Assembly (NCBI GenBank): GCA_964588985.1 | Contig: CAZPQW010000003.1 | Coordinates: 96,001-160,000 of the forward strand | Source: an uncultured Solirubrobacteraceae bacterium | GTDB taxonomy: Bacteria > Actinomycetota > Thermoleophilia > Solirubrobacterales > Solirubrobacteraceae | Direction of reading: 5' to 3' | Length of the DNA stretch: 64,000 nt | In this document: one piece after another, positions 27,820 to 37,134 of the stretch | Layout of the letters: every line of letters starts with the position of its first letter | Numbering within the stretch: the stretch's first letter is position 1 | The notes under the pieces: model-generated | The model's input: the letters and a program-made list of their open reading frames with translations, nothing else | Told to the model about the DNA's origin: nothing | Databases searched by the model: none | Translations under genes and position numbers: made by a program

Positions 27820-29192
27820 TGGCGGGCACGCTCGCGGTGAGGCTCGCGCGCGGCGTGGGCGCGCTCTCGCGGATGCGCGGCGGCGGCGCGACGAGCGCCC
27901 CGGGGAAGGTGCTGATGCGCCTCGCTCCCGATGCGATCGGCGATCTCGGCGGACGGCTGGAGCGCGGCAGCGTGCTGATCTCGGCGACGAACGGCAAGAC
28001 GACCACCGCGGCGCTCACCGCGTCGATCCTGCGGCACGCGGGCATACCGCTGGTGCACAACCAGGCGGGCGCGAACATGGCGGGCGGGATCGCGACGAGC
28101 CTGCTCGATGCGGCTCGCCCCCACGGGCGGATGGCGGGCGAGCTGGGGCTGTTCGAGGTCGACGAGCTGTGGCTGTCATCGCTCGCCGCCCAGCTGCGCC
28201 CCCGCGCGATCCTGCTGGGGAACCTGTTCCGCGACCAGCTCGACCGCTACGGCGAGCTCGACACGATCGCCGAGAGCTGGGAGCGCGTGCTGGGCGAGCG
28301 CGACACGCAGCTGGTGCTCAACGCGGACGACCCGCTGCTGGCGGACCTCGGACGCGAGCACCCGGGCGCGGTGTTCTTCGGCGTGGAGGACGACACGCTC
28401 GCGCTGGCGGGGATGGCGCACGCGGCCGACGCGAAGCACTGCCGCCGCTGCGGAGCGCCGTATGTGTTCGACGCGGTGTACCTCGGACACCTCGGGCACT
28501 ACCACTGCGACAGCTGCGGCCAGGCCCGTCCCCTCCCCTCCGTGACGGCGACCGACTTGAAGCTCGAAGGCGTGCGCTCGGCGCGCTTCACGCTCCACAC
28601 CCCCGCGGGCGAGTCGGTCGTGTCGCTGGCGCTGCCGGGCCTCTACAACGTCTACAACGCGCTCGCCGCGGCCGCCCTCGCGACGGCGCTGGAGATCCCG
28701 CTCGAGACGATCGCGGCGGGCCTCACCGCGACGCAGGCGGCGTTCGGGCGCGCGGAGGCAGTGACGCTGTCAGGCGGTCGCGAGCTGCGGATCCTGCTGG
28801 TGAAGAACCCTGCGGGCGCGAACGAGGTGCTGCGCACGCTCGCGCTCGAGCCGGGCGAGCACGACCTGCTGGGGGTGCTCAACGACCAGATCGCGGACGG
28901 GCGCGACGTGTCGTGGATCTGGGACGCGGACTTCGAGCTGCTGGCGGGGCGCGTGCGCGTGGCGACGTGCAGCGGCAGCCGCGCGGCGGATCTGGCGACG
29001 CGCCTGAAGTACGCGGGGATCGACCCGGCGCGCATCCGCGTGGAGCCCAACCTCGAGATGGCGCTGCAAGAGGCGAGCGCCGACCGGCCCGAGGACGGCG
29101 CGCCGCTTTACGCGCTGCCGACGTACACGGCAATGCTCGCGCTGCGCGAGCTGCTCGTGGCGCGCGGGGAGGCGAGCAGCGCATGGGCCTAG
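27819..29192 (+). CDS. murT: Lipid II isoglutaminyl synthase subunit MurT
   Basis: ATNGKTTT, GAN, EVDE, NLFRDQLDRYGE, CRRC/CDSC Zn finger, DGRDVSWIWD. Confidence 0.92.
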   Translation: MAGTLAVRLARGVGALSRMRGGGATSAPGKVLMRLAPDAIGDLGGRLERGSVLISATNGKTTTAALTASILRHAGIPLVHNQAGANMAGGIATSLLDAARPHGRMAGELGLFEVDELWLSSLAAQLRPRAILLGNLFRDQLDRYGELDTIAESWERVLGERDTQLVLNADDPLLADLGREHPGAVFFGVEDDTLALAGMAHAADAKHCRRCGAPYVFDAVYLGHLGHYHCDSCGQARPLPSVTATDLKLEGVRSARFTLHTPAGESVVSLALPGLYNVYNALAAAALATALEIPLETIAAGLTATQAAFGRAEAVTLSGGRELRILLVKNPAGANEVLRTLALEPGEHDLLGVLNDQIADGRDVSWIWDADFELLAGRVRVATCSGSRAADLATRLKYAGIDPARIRVEPNLEMALQEASADRPEDGAPLYALPTYTAMLALRELLVARGEASSAWA

Positions 29193-30001
29193 CGACCCGG
29201 GTCGAGCCCGCCGAAGGCGCTCCCGCGGCGGCGGTCGTGTGGCACGACCTCGAGTGCGGCCACTACCTCGCCGACCAGCCGCTGTGGCGCGAGCTGGCCG
29301 AACACGCGCGCGTCGATGCGCCGGGCGCACGAATCCTGGACGTGGGCGCGGGCACCGGCCGGGTGGCGCTCGACCTCGCGCGCGCGGGCCACGCGGTGAC
29401 GGCGCTCGACCTCGACGCGGAGCTGCTCGGGGCCCTCGACCAGCGCTCCGCCTCCGAGACGCTGACGATCGAGACGGTATGCGCGGATGCGCGCAGCTTC
29501 GCTCTGGGCGGCGATGGCTTCGCGCTGTGCATCGCACCGATGCAGACGGTGCAGCTGCTCGGCGGCTCGGCCGGACGCGTCGCGTTCCTCGAACGCGCAC
29601 GCGCCCACCTGCTGCCGGGCGCGCTGGTGGCGTGCGCGATCGTCACCGAGATCGAGCCGTTCGACTGCGCCGCCGGTGACCTCGGGCCGTCCCCCGAGGT
29701 GGCACGGATCGACGACGTCGAATACGTCAGTCACGCGGTGCGCGTGGAGCTGCACGGACGTGGCTTTCGCATCGAACGCGAGCGGACAATCACGCAGATC
29801 GATAGATCCTCCCGAGTGGCCACGCCCAAGCGAGCCGTCCACGCACCCGAACGGGAGCGCGATGTGATCGATCTCGACCACGTGAGCGCGCGGGAGCTGA
29901 AGCGCGAGGGACTCGAGGCGGGACTGTCGTATGTGGGCGTTCGCGAGATTCCGGCGACCGATGACCACGTGGGCAGCGCCGTGGTGATGCTGGGTGCCTG
30001 A
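29183..30001 (+). CDS. Class I SAM-dependent methyltransferase
   Basis: ILDVGAGTGR, TALDLD; overlaps murT stop and gatD start. Confidence 0.88.
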   Translation: MGLATRVEPAEGAPAAAVVWHDLECGHYLADQPLWRELAEHARVDAPGARILDVGAGTGRVALDLARAGHAVTALDLDAELLGALDQRSASETLTIETVCADARSFALGGDGFALCIAPMQTVQLLGGSAGRVAFLERARAHLLPGALVACAIVTEIEPFDCAAGDLGPSPEVARIDDVEYVSHAVRVELHGRGFRIERERTITQIDRSSRVATPKRAVHAPERERDVIDLDHVSARELKREGLEAGLSYVGVREIPATDDHVGSAVVMLGA

Positions 30002-30779
30002 GCGGATTGCCGACGTGTCCGCGGCGCTCCCCCGCCCCAGAGCGCTGCGCGTGTGCGCGCTGTACCCGGACCTGATGAACATCTACGCCGACCGCGGCAA
30101 CCTGCTCGTGCTGGAGCGGCGCTGCGCGTGGCGCGGGATCCCCTTCGAGCTGTCCTCCAGCGGTCTCGGCGAGCATCTCGACGCTGACGCGCACGACCTG
30201 TTCTACATCGGCGGCGGGCAGGACCGCGACCAGGAGCTGTGCGCGGAGGACCTGATCGCGACCAAGCGCGCGGGCCTGCACGCGGCGGCGGCGCGCGGCG
30301 CGACGATCCTCGGCGTGTGCGGCGGCTACCAGCTGCTCGGCCACTCCTACACGCTCGGCGAGGAGGAGATCCCCGGCGTTGGGCTGCTCGACGTGCGCAC
30401 CGTGCGCGAGGACGGGTCGCGGCTGATCGGCAACGTCGCCATCGAGGTGTCACTGGACGGGGACGCCGAGCGGCCGCGGGTGCTGGCGGGCTTCGAGAAC
30501 CACGGCGGGCGCACCCAGCTCGGCGACGGACAGGCTCCGCTTGGGCGTGTGCTGAAGGGGTACGGCAACGACGGGCGCAGCGGACAGGAGGGCGCGATCA
30601 CGGCGAACACGATCGGCACCTACCTCCACGGCCCGCTGCTGCCGAAGAACGTGTGGTTCGCAGATTGGCTGATCGCGCGGGCGCTCGGCACCGGGGCCGG
30701 CGAGCTGGCGCCGCTGGATGACGAGCTCGAGCGCGAGACGCACGCGAGCGCGCGCCAGGCGGCGGGGCTGTCCGCCTGA
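29994..30779 (+). CDS. gatD: Glutamine amidotransferase GatD (CobQ-like)
   Basis: LYPDLMNIYADRGN, GVCGGYQLLG, GFENH, TYLHGPLLPKN. Confidence 0.92.
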   Translation: MPERIADVSAALPRPRALRVCALYPDLMNIYADRGNLLVLERRCAWRGIPFELSSSGLGEHLDADAHDLFYIGGGQDRDQELCAEDLIATKRAGLHAAAARGATILGVCGGYQLLGHSYTLGEEEIPGVGLLDVRTVREDGSRLIGNVAIEVSLDGDAERPRVLAGFENHGGRTQLGDGQAPLGRVLKGYGNDGRSGQEGAITANTIGTYLHGPLLPKNVWFADWLIARALGTGAGELAPLDDELERETHASARQAAGLSA

Positions 30780-30805
30780 CGCGCACGCTGCTCACGGCAT
30801 GAGCG

Positions 30806-31375
30806 TCATTTCCATTCGACCGATCCGGCTCCACTGGCGAGTGCGAGCCACCACACGTCTTCGACCGTGCCTTTGCTTTCTTCCGCGTATTCGCAGGTTG
30901 CGCCCGTGCCAAAAGACGTCATGCTCGTCACAAACCACGTCATCGCGACCGCATTGCCCATCTGTGTGTATTTCATCGACGAAAGGTGCTGGTTTTTCGA
31001 CGACGGCCATGTCATCAAGCACCCGGTGGCTTTCAGCGTCATCGTACGCACGAGGCTGACGCTGCCTTCGGCGTTGAACTCGTATTGCGCCGGCGAGAGC
31101 GTGGCGGCGAGGCCGAAGGCTTTGCAGCCGGAGTACTGCACGGTAAAAGCGGTCGTTTTGGCGGATAACGCCGCTTCCCCCGCGGTCAACTTTTGAACCG
31201 AGCATTCGATCGTGCCAGATTTGTTCACGAGCCTGAGGTTGATTAACGGTTTCAGCGTGAGTAAGCCCATCGCCGTGGCGCTGAATTCGTGCGCACCGGC
31301 CACGGGCATGGTCGTCGAGACGATCGCGCACACCATGACCGCGATGGTGGTAAGTGTTAGCCTGACGTGTGTCAC
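30806..31375 (-). CDS. Secreted 4-Cys beta-rich protein, paralog 3
   Basis: YSGCKAFGLAATLSPAQYEFNAEG; CEYAEESKGT; ends GSVEWK. Confidence 0.88.
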   Translation of the reverse strand: MTHVRLTLTTIAVMVCAIVSTTMPVAGAHEFSATAMGLLTLKPLINLRLVNKSGTIECSVQKLTAGEAALSAKTTAFTVQYSGCKAFGLAATLSPAQYEFNAEGSVSLVRTMTLKATGCLMTWPSSKNQHLSSMKYTQMGNAVAMTWFVTSMTSFGTGATCEYAEESKGTVEDVWWLALASGAGSVEWK

Positions 31376-31543
31376 TGCTCATTGTCCTTTGTGAGGGGAT
31401 AGGAACAGCGTGTATAACATCCGACAACGGATGCGTACAGCACGCCGCGACCCGCCGGTCCACAGCCTCGCGTTCACGACGGCCAATCCGCTCGGTACAA
31501 GGGCTTTCACGGCGTGGGCGAGCGAGGACGCAATGCGTCGCGA

Positions 31544-31560
31544 TTGGGAAACGTTCCCAA
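31544..31560. promoter_or_regulatory. LacI-family-like operator TTGGGAAACGTTCCCAA
   Basis: 7-bp inverted arms around ACG, upstream of paralog 3. Confidence 0.5.
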
Positions 31561-31623
31561 CTGACTCCTATGTACGATCCCGGCTCCAGACGTCCTCCAG
31601 CGTGAGGCCCACACGAACGCGCG

Positions 31624-31655
31624 GCGGGCCGCGAGGATCCAACCCCGCGGCCCGC
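31624..31655 (-). terminator. GC-rich hairpin after paralog 4
   Basis: GCGGGCCGCG / CGCGGCCCGC 10-bp stem. Confidence 0.6.
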
Positions 31656-31663
31656 GCGATGCG

Positions 31664-32224
31664 CTATTTCCATTCGACCGATCCGACTCCGCTCGCGAGA
31701 CCCAGTAAAGCGGTGTCTAAGAACGTACCTTTGCTTTCTTCGGCGTATGAGCAGGATGCACCTTCGCCTAACGACGTGATTGCGGCGAGATTCTCTTCCT
31801 CCACGATTTCTTTGCCCCTCTGTGAATATTTCACAGTTCCGAGATTTTGGTTTTTCGACGACGGGAAGGTGACAAGACACCCAATCGCTTTGGCTGTGGT
31901 GGTGTGCACGAGGCTTGCGGTTCCGTCGGCGTTGAGTTCATATCTCGCTGGCGACAGCGTCGCCGACAGGCCAAAAGCCTTGCATCCCGAGTATTCGACA
32001 GTCATCAGCAGTGTTTTGGACGCTAATGGCGCATCGCCCAGGATGAGCTGCTCGCTTTTGCATTCGACCACTCCGCTGGCGCTCCTGAAGCGGGCGGTCC
32101 CAGCCTGTTTGAGCGTGAGTTTGCCCATTTCGGTGGCGTTGAATTCGTGCGCCATCGCCGCTGCCGCCGGCACGGCGCCCAACAGGGCGAGCGCCAGTGC
32201 GATCACGATCTTTGCGTGTTTCAT
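31664..32224 (-). CDS. Secreted 4-Cys beta-rich protein, paralog 4
   Basis: YSGCKAFGLSATLSPARYELNADG; CSYAEESKGT; ends GSVEWK; RBS GAAAGG. Confidence 0.88.
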   Translation of the reverse strand: MKHAKIVIALALALLGAVPAAAAMAHEFNATEMGKLTLKQAGTARFRSASGVVECKSEQLILGDAPLASKTLLMTVEYSGCKAFGLSATLSPARYELNADGTASLVHTTTAKAIGCLVTFPSSKNQNLGTVKYSQRGKEIVEEENLAAITSLGEGASCSYAEESKGTFLDTALLGLASGVGSVEWK

Positions 32225-32490
32225 GTCTACCTTTCATGGATAGGTTTTCGAGTACCGATTCTCCGATTCACATCCTGCTCGGTGAAATCGAATACGGCAC
32301 AACCTGTTTACCAGCAATTAAGTTAAGCGCATAGGGCTTGTCGCCGGTAAACGTTTCGTAGGTGGGCGGCGGAGATCGTGTTGCCCCCGATTCCAGGGCT
32401 GTTTCGGCTCACGAGATGTACGGGAGGGTGATAGAAACACGTCCGTCGAGCGAGCATCGCGAAGCTCGTTTGCCATACGATCAGCCGCCG

Positions 32491-32817
32491 ATGGAGTTCT
32501 CCGAGTACCAGCAGCTCTCCCGACGCACCGCGAAATACCCGCGCGAGGCGTGGCTCGCCTACCCCGCACTGGGGCTCTCCGGCGAGGCTGGCGAGGTCGC
32601 AGAGCACGCCAAGAAGGCGATCCGCGACGACGGCGGCACCGTCAGCGACGAGCGCCGTGCGGCCATGTCGAAGGAGCTCGGCGACGTGCTCTGGTACGTC
32701 GCCCAGCTGGCGAGCGAGCTCGGCCTCGACCTCGATGAGATCGCGCAGGCGAACCTCGACAAGCTCCTCTCCCGCCAGCAGCGCGGTGTGCTCTCAGGCA
32801 GCGGCGACGACCGCTAA
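32491..32817 (+). CDS. MazG-like nucleotide pyrophosphohydrolase
   Basis: LGLSGEAGEV, KELGDVLWY, GSGDDR. Confidence 0.92.
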   Translation: MEFSEYQQLSRRTAKYPREAWLAYPALGLSGEAGEVAEHAKKAIRDDGGTVSDERRAAMSKELGDVLWYVAQLASELGLDLDEIAQANLDKLLSRQQRGVLSGSGDDR

Positions 32818-34127
32818 GAAGCTACGGCAAAACGCGCGAAGCGCTCGGCAAGCCTTGCCGGCACCTTGGCGTGCACGCGCACTCCCTCGGCGGTGTTCTC
32901 GCGTGAGAAGTCGCCCGCCAGCTCGTGCAGCTCGGCGAGGCTGCCACCGTCGGCGTAGGGAACGAGCAGATCCACCGAGCGCAGCGTGTGTGCGAGCTCG
33001 CGCTCGATCCGCTCGCCCAGCTCCTCGAGTCCCTCTCCCGTGACACCGCTCACCAGGACCGCGTCCGGGTGGCGCAGGCGCAGGTCCTCGCGCTGCTCCG
33101 CGTCGAGCAGGTCGACCTTGTTGAGCACCAGCAGCCGCGGCCGCTCGCCGGCGCCGATCTCCTCGAGCGTTCCCTCCACCGAGCGCTTCATGATCTCCTC
33201 CTGCTCAGCGGTCGCGGATGCGTCGAGCACGTGCGCGAGCAGCTCCGCGCGACGCGTCTCCTCGAGCGTCGCTCCGAACGCGTCCACCAGCTGGTGGGGC
33301 AGCTTGCTGATGAAGCCCACCGTGTCGGTCAGCAGGTGCGGGCGACCGCCGATCTTGAGCGTGCGCGTGGTCGGGTCGAGCGTGTGGAACAGCCGGTCGC
33401 GCACACCCACCTCCGATCCGGTCATCGCGTTCAGCAGCGTCGACTTGCCCGCGTTGGTGTAGCCCACCAGCGCGATCGTCGGAAGGGCGGCGCGCTCGCG
33501 CTCCGCGCGCTGCACCGCACGCGTTCCCTTCACGTGCTCCAGGCGTTTGCGCAGCACCGAGATGCGGTCGCGAGCCAGCCTTCGATCCGTCTCGATCTGC
33601 GTCTCTCCGGGGCCCCTCGTGCCGATCCCGCCGCCGAGGCGCTCGAGGTGGGTCCACAGGCCTCGCATGCGCGCGAGGTTGTACTCCAGCTGCGCGAGCT
33701 CCACCTGCAGCTTGCCCTCCGCGCTGTTCGCGTGCGAGGCGAAGATGTCGAGGATCACCGTCGTGCGGTCCACCACCGGCAGGCCCACCGCCTCCTCGAG
33801 GTTGCGCTCCTGGCGGGCGGTGAGCTCGTCGTCGCACGCGATCACGTTCGCGTCGCACGCCTTCGCCTGCGCCTTCGCCTCCTCCACCTTGCCCGGCCCC
33901 AGATACGTGTTCGGATGTGGTGCTTCGCGGCGCTGCACCATCTCCCCCACCACCGCCACGCCCGCCGTGCGCAGGAGCTCCTCGAGCTCGCTCAGGTCCT
34001 CGCCCTCCGCTAACGCCGCCACGCAGAACGCGCGCTGACGCGCGCGCGGCTCGGACTGAGACCCATCGCCCGCGTTTGCCGCCGGTCGTGGGGTGACGGC
34101 GCTGCGGCCGCTGCGAGATTTATCCAT
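32814..34127 (-). CDS. hflX: GTPase HflX
   Basis: GPGETQIE.DRR, GYTNAGKS, DTVGFI, NKVD. Confidence 0.96.
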   Translation of the reverse strand: MDKSRSGRSAVTPRPAANAGDGSQSEPRARQRAFCVAALAEGEDLSELEELLRTAGVAVVGEMVQRREAPHPNTYLGPGKVEEAKAQAKACDANVIACDDELTARQERNLEEAVGLPVVDRTTVILDIFASHANSAEGKLQVELAQLEYNLARMRGLWTHLERLGGGIGTRGPGETQIETDRRLARDRISVLRKRLEHVKGTRAVQRAERERAALPTIALVGYTNAGKSTLLNAMTGSEVGVRDRLFHTLDPTTRTLKIGGRPHLLTDTVGFISKLPHQLVDAFGATLEETRRAELLAHVLDASATAEQEEIMKRSVEGTLEEIGAGERPRLLVLNKVDLLDAEQREDLRLRHPDAVLVSGVTGEGLEELGERIERELAHTLRSVDLLVPYADGGSLAELHELAGDFSRENTAEGVRVHAKVPARLAERFARFAVAS

Positions 34128-34139
34128 TCCCCGTTCAGT

Positions 34140-35312
34140 CTAGGCGCTGCCCCCGAGCGTGCCCAGCCGTTCGACGGCCTCAAGCAGGCGATCGTCGGGG
34201 GTTGTCAGCGAGATGCGAAACCAACCCTCCCCCGCGGGGCCGTACACGGCGCCCGGGGTGAGCACCACGCCGACCCGCTCGAGCACGTGCTCGCAGTAGG
34301 ACTCCGAGGTGTCGAAGCCCTCCGGCACGGGAGCCCACACGTAGATCGTGCTTTTCGGCGGGCGCACGTTCACGCCGATCTCGCGCAGCGCGTCGCACAC
34401 GAGGTCCCGCCGACGCCTGTACAGCTCGTTCATCGACGCGACCTCCGCGTCCGCGTCGGGCGACAGCGCCGCCACGCCGGCGAGCTGCACCGCCTCGAAC
34501 AGCCCCGAGTCGATGTTCGTCTTCAACTGCCAATACGTCTCCAGCGCCTCCGCGTTTCCGACCACCACCGCGCAGCGCCAGCCCGTCATGTTGTAGCCCT
34601 TCGACAGCGAGAACACCTCGATGCCGACATCCTTCGCGCCCGGCGTCGCGAGGAACGACGGGGCGCGGTAGCCGTCGAACGTGGTCTCCGAGTACGCGTT
34701 GTCGTGCACCACGAGGATGTCGTAAGCGCGCGCGAACTCCACCACCCGCTCGAAGAAGCCCTCCGGCACCACCGCGCCGGTGGGGTTGTTGGGGTAGTTG
34801 AGGAACATCAGCTTCGAGCGGCGCGCAACGTCCTCTTCGATCGCGCCGAGGTCCGGCACGAAGCCGTGCTCGGGCTCCAGCGCCATCAGCACCGGCTCGC
34901 CGCCCGCAAGCCATGGACCGCCAGTGTAGACCGGGTATCCGGGGTCGGCCGCGAGCGCGTAGTCGCCCGGGTCGAGGAACGCGAGGTTGAGGTTGAAGAT
35001 CGCCTCCTTCGCGCCGATCGCGGGAATGATCTCGTTCGCCGGGTCGAGCGTCACGTCGAAGCGCCGCGCGTAGAAGTCGCTCACCGCTTCGCGGAAGTCC
35101 GCACGGCCGCGGTTGCTCGGGTAGCTGTGGGTCTCAGCCTCGCTCACCGCCTCCTGCATCGCCTCCACGATCAGCGCCGGCGTCGGGCGGTCCGGGTCGC
35201 CGATCCCGAGGCTGATCACGTCCACGCCCGCGGCGCGCTTGTCGGCGATCTTGCGCTCCAGCTGGGCGAACGCGTACGGCGGAATGCGCTCCAGGCGCTT
35301 ACTCGGTTTCAT
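34140..35312 (-). CDS. dapL: LL-diaminopimelate aminotransferase
   Basis: SLGIGDPD, NYPNNPTG, SLSKGYNMTGWR; adjacent to dapF. Confidence 0.85.
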   Translation of the reverse strand: MKPSKRLERIPPYAFAQLERKIADKRAAGVDVISLGIGDPDRPTPALIVEAMQEAVSEAETHSYPSNRGRADFREAVSDFYARRFDVTLDPANEIIPAIGAKEAIFNLNLAFLDPGDYALAADPGYPVYTGGPWLAGGEPVLMALEPEHGFVPDLGAIEEDVARRSKLMFLNYPNNPTGAVVPEGFFERVVEFARAYDILVVHDNAYSETTFDGYRAPSFLATPGAKDVGIEVFSLSKGYNMTGWRCAVVVGNAEALETYWQLKTNIDSGLFEAVQLAGVAALSPDADAEVASMNELYRRRRDLVCDALREIGVNVRPPKSTIYVWAPVPEGFDTSESYCEHVLERVGVVLTPGAVYGPAGEGWFRISLTTPDDRLLEAVERLGTLGGSA

Positions 35313-36171
35313 GCAGCTCCTTTTCGAACTCCTCGCTCAGGCGGCCCTCGAACACCGGGCGCGCCCAGCCTGTCAGGTTGACGTGCAGATCCTCCCCCAC
35401 CTCCACCTCGAGCTCCCCACCGTCGAGCAGCACCGTCACGCGCTCCGGGCGCAGCGGCGGGTCGTATTCGAGGGCGTGCGCGATCGCCGCCCCCGTCGCG
35501 CCGGTGCCGGAGGAGAGGGTCTCGCCCACGCCCCGCTCGAAGATCCGCGCGCGGATGCGGCCGGACGTGCCGGGTTCCAGTTCGGTGTACCACGACACGT
35601 TCGTGCGGTTGGGGAACCGCGCGTCGCCTTCGATCTCGATGCCGATCATGGGCAGATCGAGCACCTCCAATTCCTCCAGTGAGCCGACGTGGATCGCGCA
35701 CTGCGGGTTGCCGATGGAAACGTGCTGGAACACCCACGAGCGTCCCTGCGAGACGATCGTGCCGCGCCCGTCTCCGGGACCGTCCGGGAAGCCCTTCGAG
35801 CGCAGGCTCGCCTTGCCCATGTCCACCGTGCACGTGTCCGGGCCGGTGATCGTGGGGCTGATCTCGCCCGCGACGGTGAGGATCGTGAACTCGTCGCGGT
35901 CGGTCCAGCGGCGGCGCAGGTACATGATCGCCTCGCGCGCGCCGTTGCCCGAGAGCTCCGCCTCGGAGCCGTCCGGGTTGAAGATCCGCAGGTCGGCCAC
36001 GTGCGCCGCCGGGTCGGCGGGAGGCGAGAGCAGCAGGACGCCGTCGGCGAACACTCCGAAGTGGCCCTCGCAGAGCCTGCGCACGCGCGCGGGCGTGAGC
36101 TCGAACGCGAGCTCGGCGCGCTCGAGGATCAGGTAGTCGTTGCCGAGCGCCTGCCACTTCTCGAATCTCAT
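35299..36171 (-). CDS. dapF: Diaminopimelate epimerase
   Basis: GNDY, NPDGSEAELSGNG, GNPQC, ERGVGETLSSGTG. Confidence 0.9.
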   Translation of the reverse strand: MRFEKWQALGNDYLILERAELAFELTPARVRRLCEGHFGVFADGVLLLSPPADPAAHVADLRIFNPDGSEAELSGNGAREAIMYLRRRWTDRDEFTILTVAGEISPTITGPDTCTVDMGKASLRSKGFPDGPGDGRGTIVSQGRSWVFQHVSIGNPQCAIHVGSLEELEVLDLPMIGIEIEGDARFPNRTNVSWYTELEPGTSGRIRARIFERGVGETLSSGTGATGAAIAHALEYDPPLRPERVTVLLDGGELEVEVGEDLHVNLTGWARPVFEGRLSEEFEKELHETE

Positions 36172-37115
36172 CCCGCTGTGCTCCCGGCTGGGTCGTTGCT
36201 CGCGGTGTCCACGGCGCGGGAGTCTAGGGAGTCCACAATCTCGCGCGCCACCGCGGCGGGGTCGCGCCCGGTGACGTCGATCACCCGCACGCCCGCGAGC
36301 TTTCGCATCCACGTGAGCTGGCGCTTGGCGTAGTTGCGTGTGCGCCGCTTCATCCGCTCCACGTCACCCGCGAGCAGCTCCTCGAAGCCGAGCGCCTTGC
36401 GCGCCGTCTCCGACGCGCCCGCGGCGTGCGCGCGACGGACCTCCTCCGCTGCGCCCGCCGCGACCATCGCATCCACACGCGCGTCGATCGCCTCGTAGAG
36501 CGCCTCACGCTCCATGGTGAGCCCCGCGAGCAGCGTCGGATGGCGCATCTCCTCGCTCCACAGCTGCGAGGGGCCGTCGGGCGGCTCGAGCTCGCCCTGC
36601 TCCAGCGACTCGAGCGCGCGCACGATCCGCTGGCGATCATTGGGGTCGAGCTTCTCGGCCGCCCATGGCGCGTGCTCGGCGAGCCGCGCGTGCAGCGCGG
36701 GCGCGCCGTCGCGTTCCAGTTCGGCCATCAGGCGCTCGCGCAGGCCCTCGGGCGGCGGCGGGCGCAGGTCCAGGTTGGTGAGCGCGGCGCGCAGATACAG
36801 GCCCGTGCCGCCCACCACGATCGGCCTGCGACCGGCCGCGAGCAGGTCGTCGATCTCGGCGTGGGCGAGCTGCGAGTACTGCCCCGCGCTGAACGTCGCG
36901 TCGATCGGCAGGAACGACACCAGGCGATGCTCCAGCGCGCCCTGCTCGGCCGGCTGGGCGACGCCGGTGAGGGTCTCGAGGCCCGCGTAGACCTGAAGCG
37001 CATCCGCGGACACCGCCACCGGGTCCTCGCCGCGGGCGCGCAGCAGCTCGGCGAGCGCGACCGCCACCGCGGTCTTGCCGACGCCCGTGGGTCCGAACAG
37101 CGCGATGATCCGCAT
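36168..37115 (-). CDS. miaA: tRNA dimethylallyltransferase
   Basis: GPTGVGKT, SADALQVY, VGGTGLY, YAKRQLTW. Confidence 0.95.
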   Translation of the reverse strand: MRIIALFGPTGVGKTAVAVALAELLRARGEDPVAVSADALQVYAGLETLTGVAQPAEQGALEHRLVSFLPIDATFSAGQYSQLAHAEIDDLLAAGRRPIVVGGTGLYLRAALTNLDLRPPPPEGLRERLMAELERDGAPALHARLAEHAPWAAEKLDPNDRQRIVRALESLEQGELEPPDGPSQLWSEEMRHPTLLAGLTMEREALYEAIDARVDAMVAAGAAEEVRRAHAAGASETARKALGFEELLAGDVERMKRRTRNYAKRQLTWMRKLAGVRVIDVTGRDPAAVAREIVDSLDSRAVDTASNDPAGSTAG

Positions 37116-37134
37116 CGGGATAGGCTCACAGGTC

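Noticed and set aside
8624-32224. Diversity-generating retroelement or shufflon explanation for the paralogs
   Set aside because: No reverse transcriptase or invertase in the window, and differences are not confined to adenines or bounded by inverted sites
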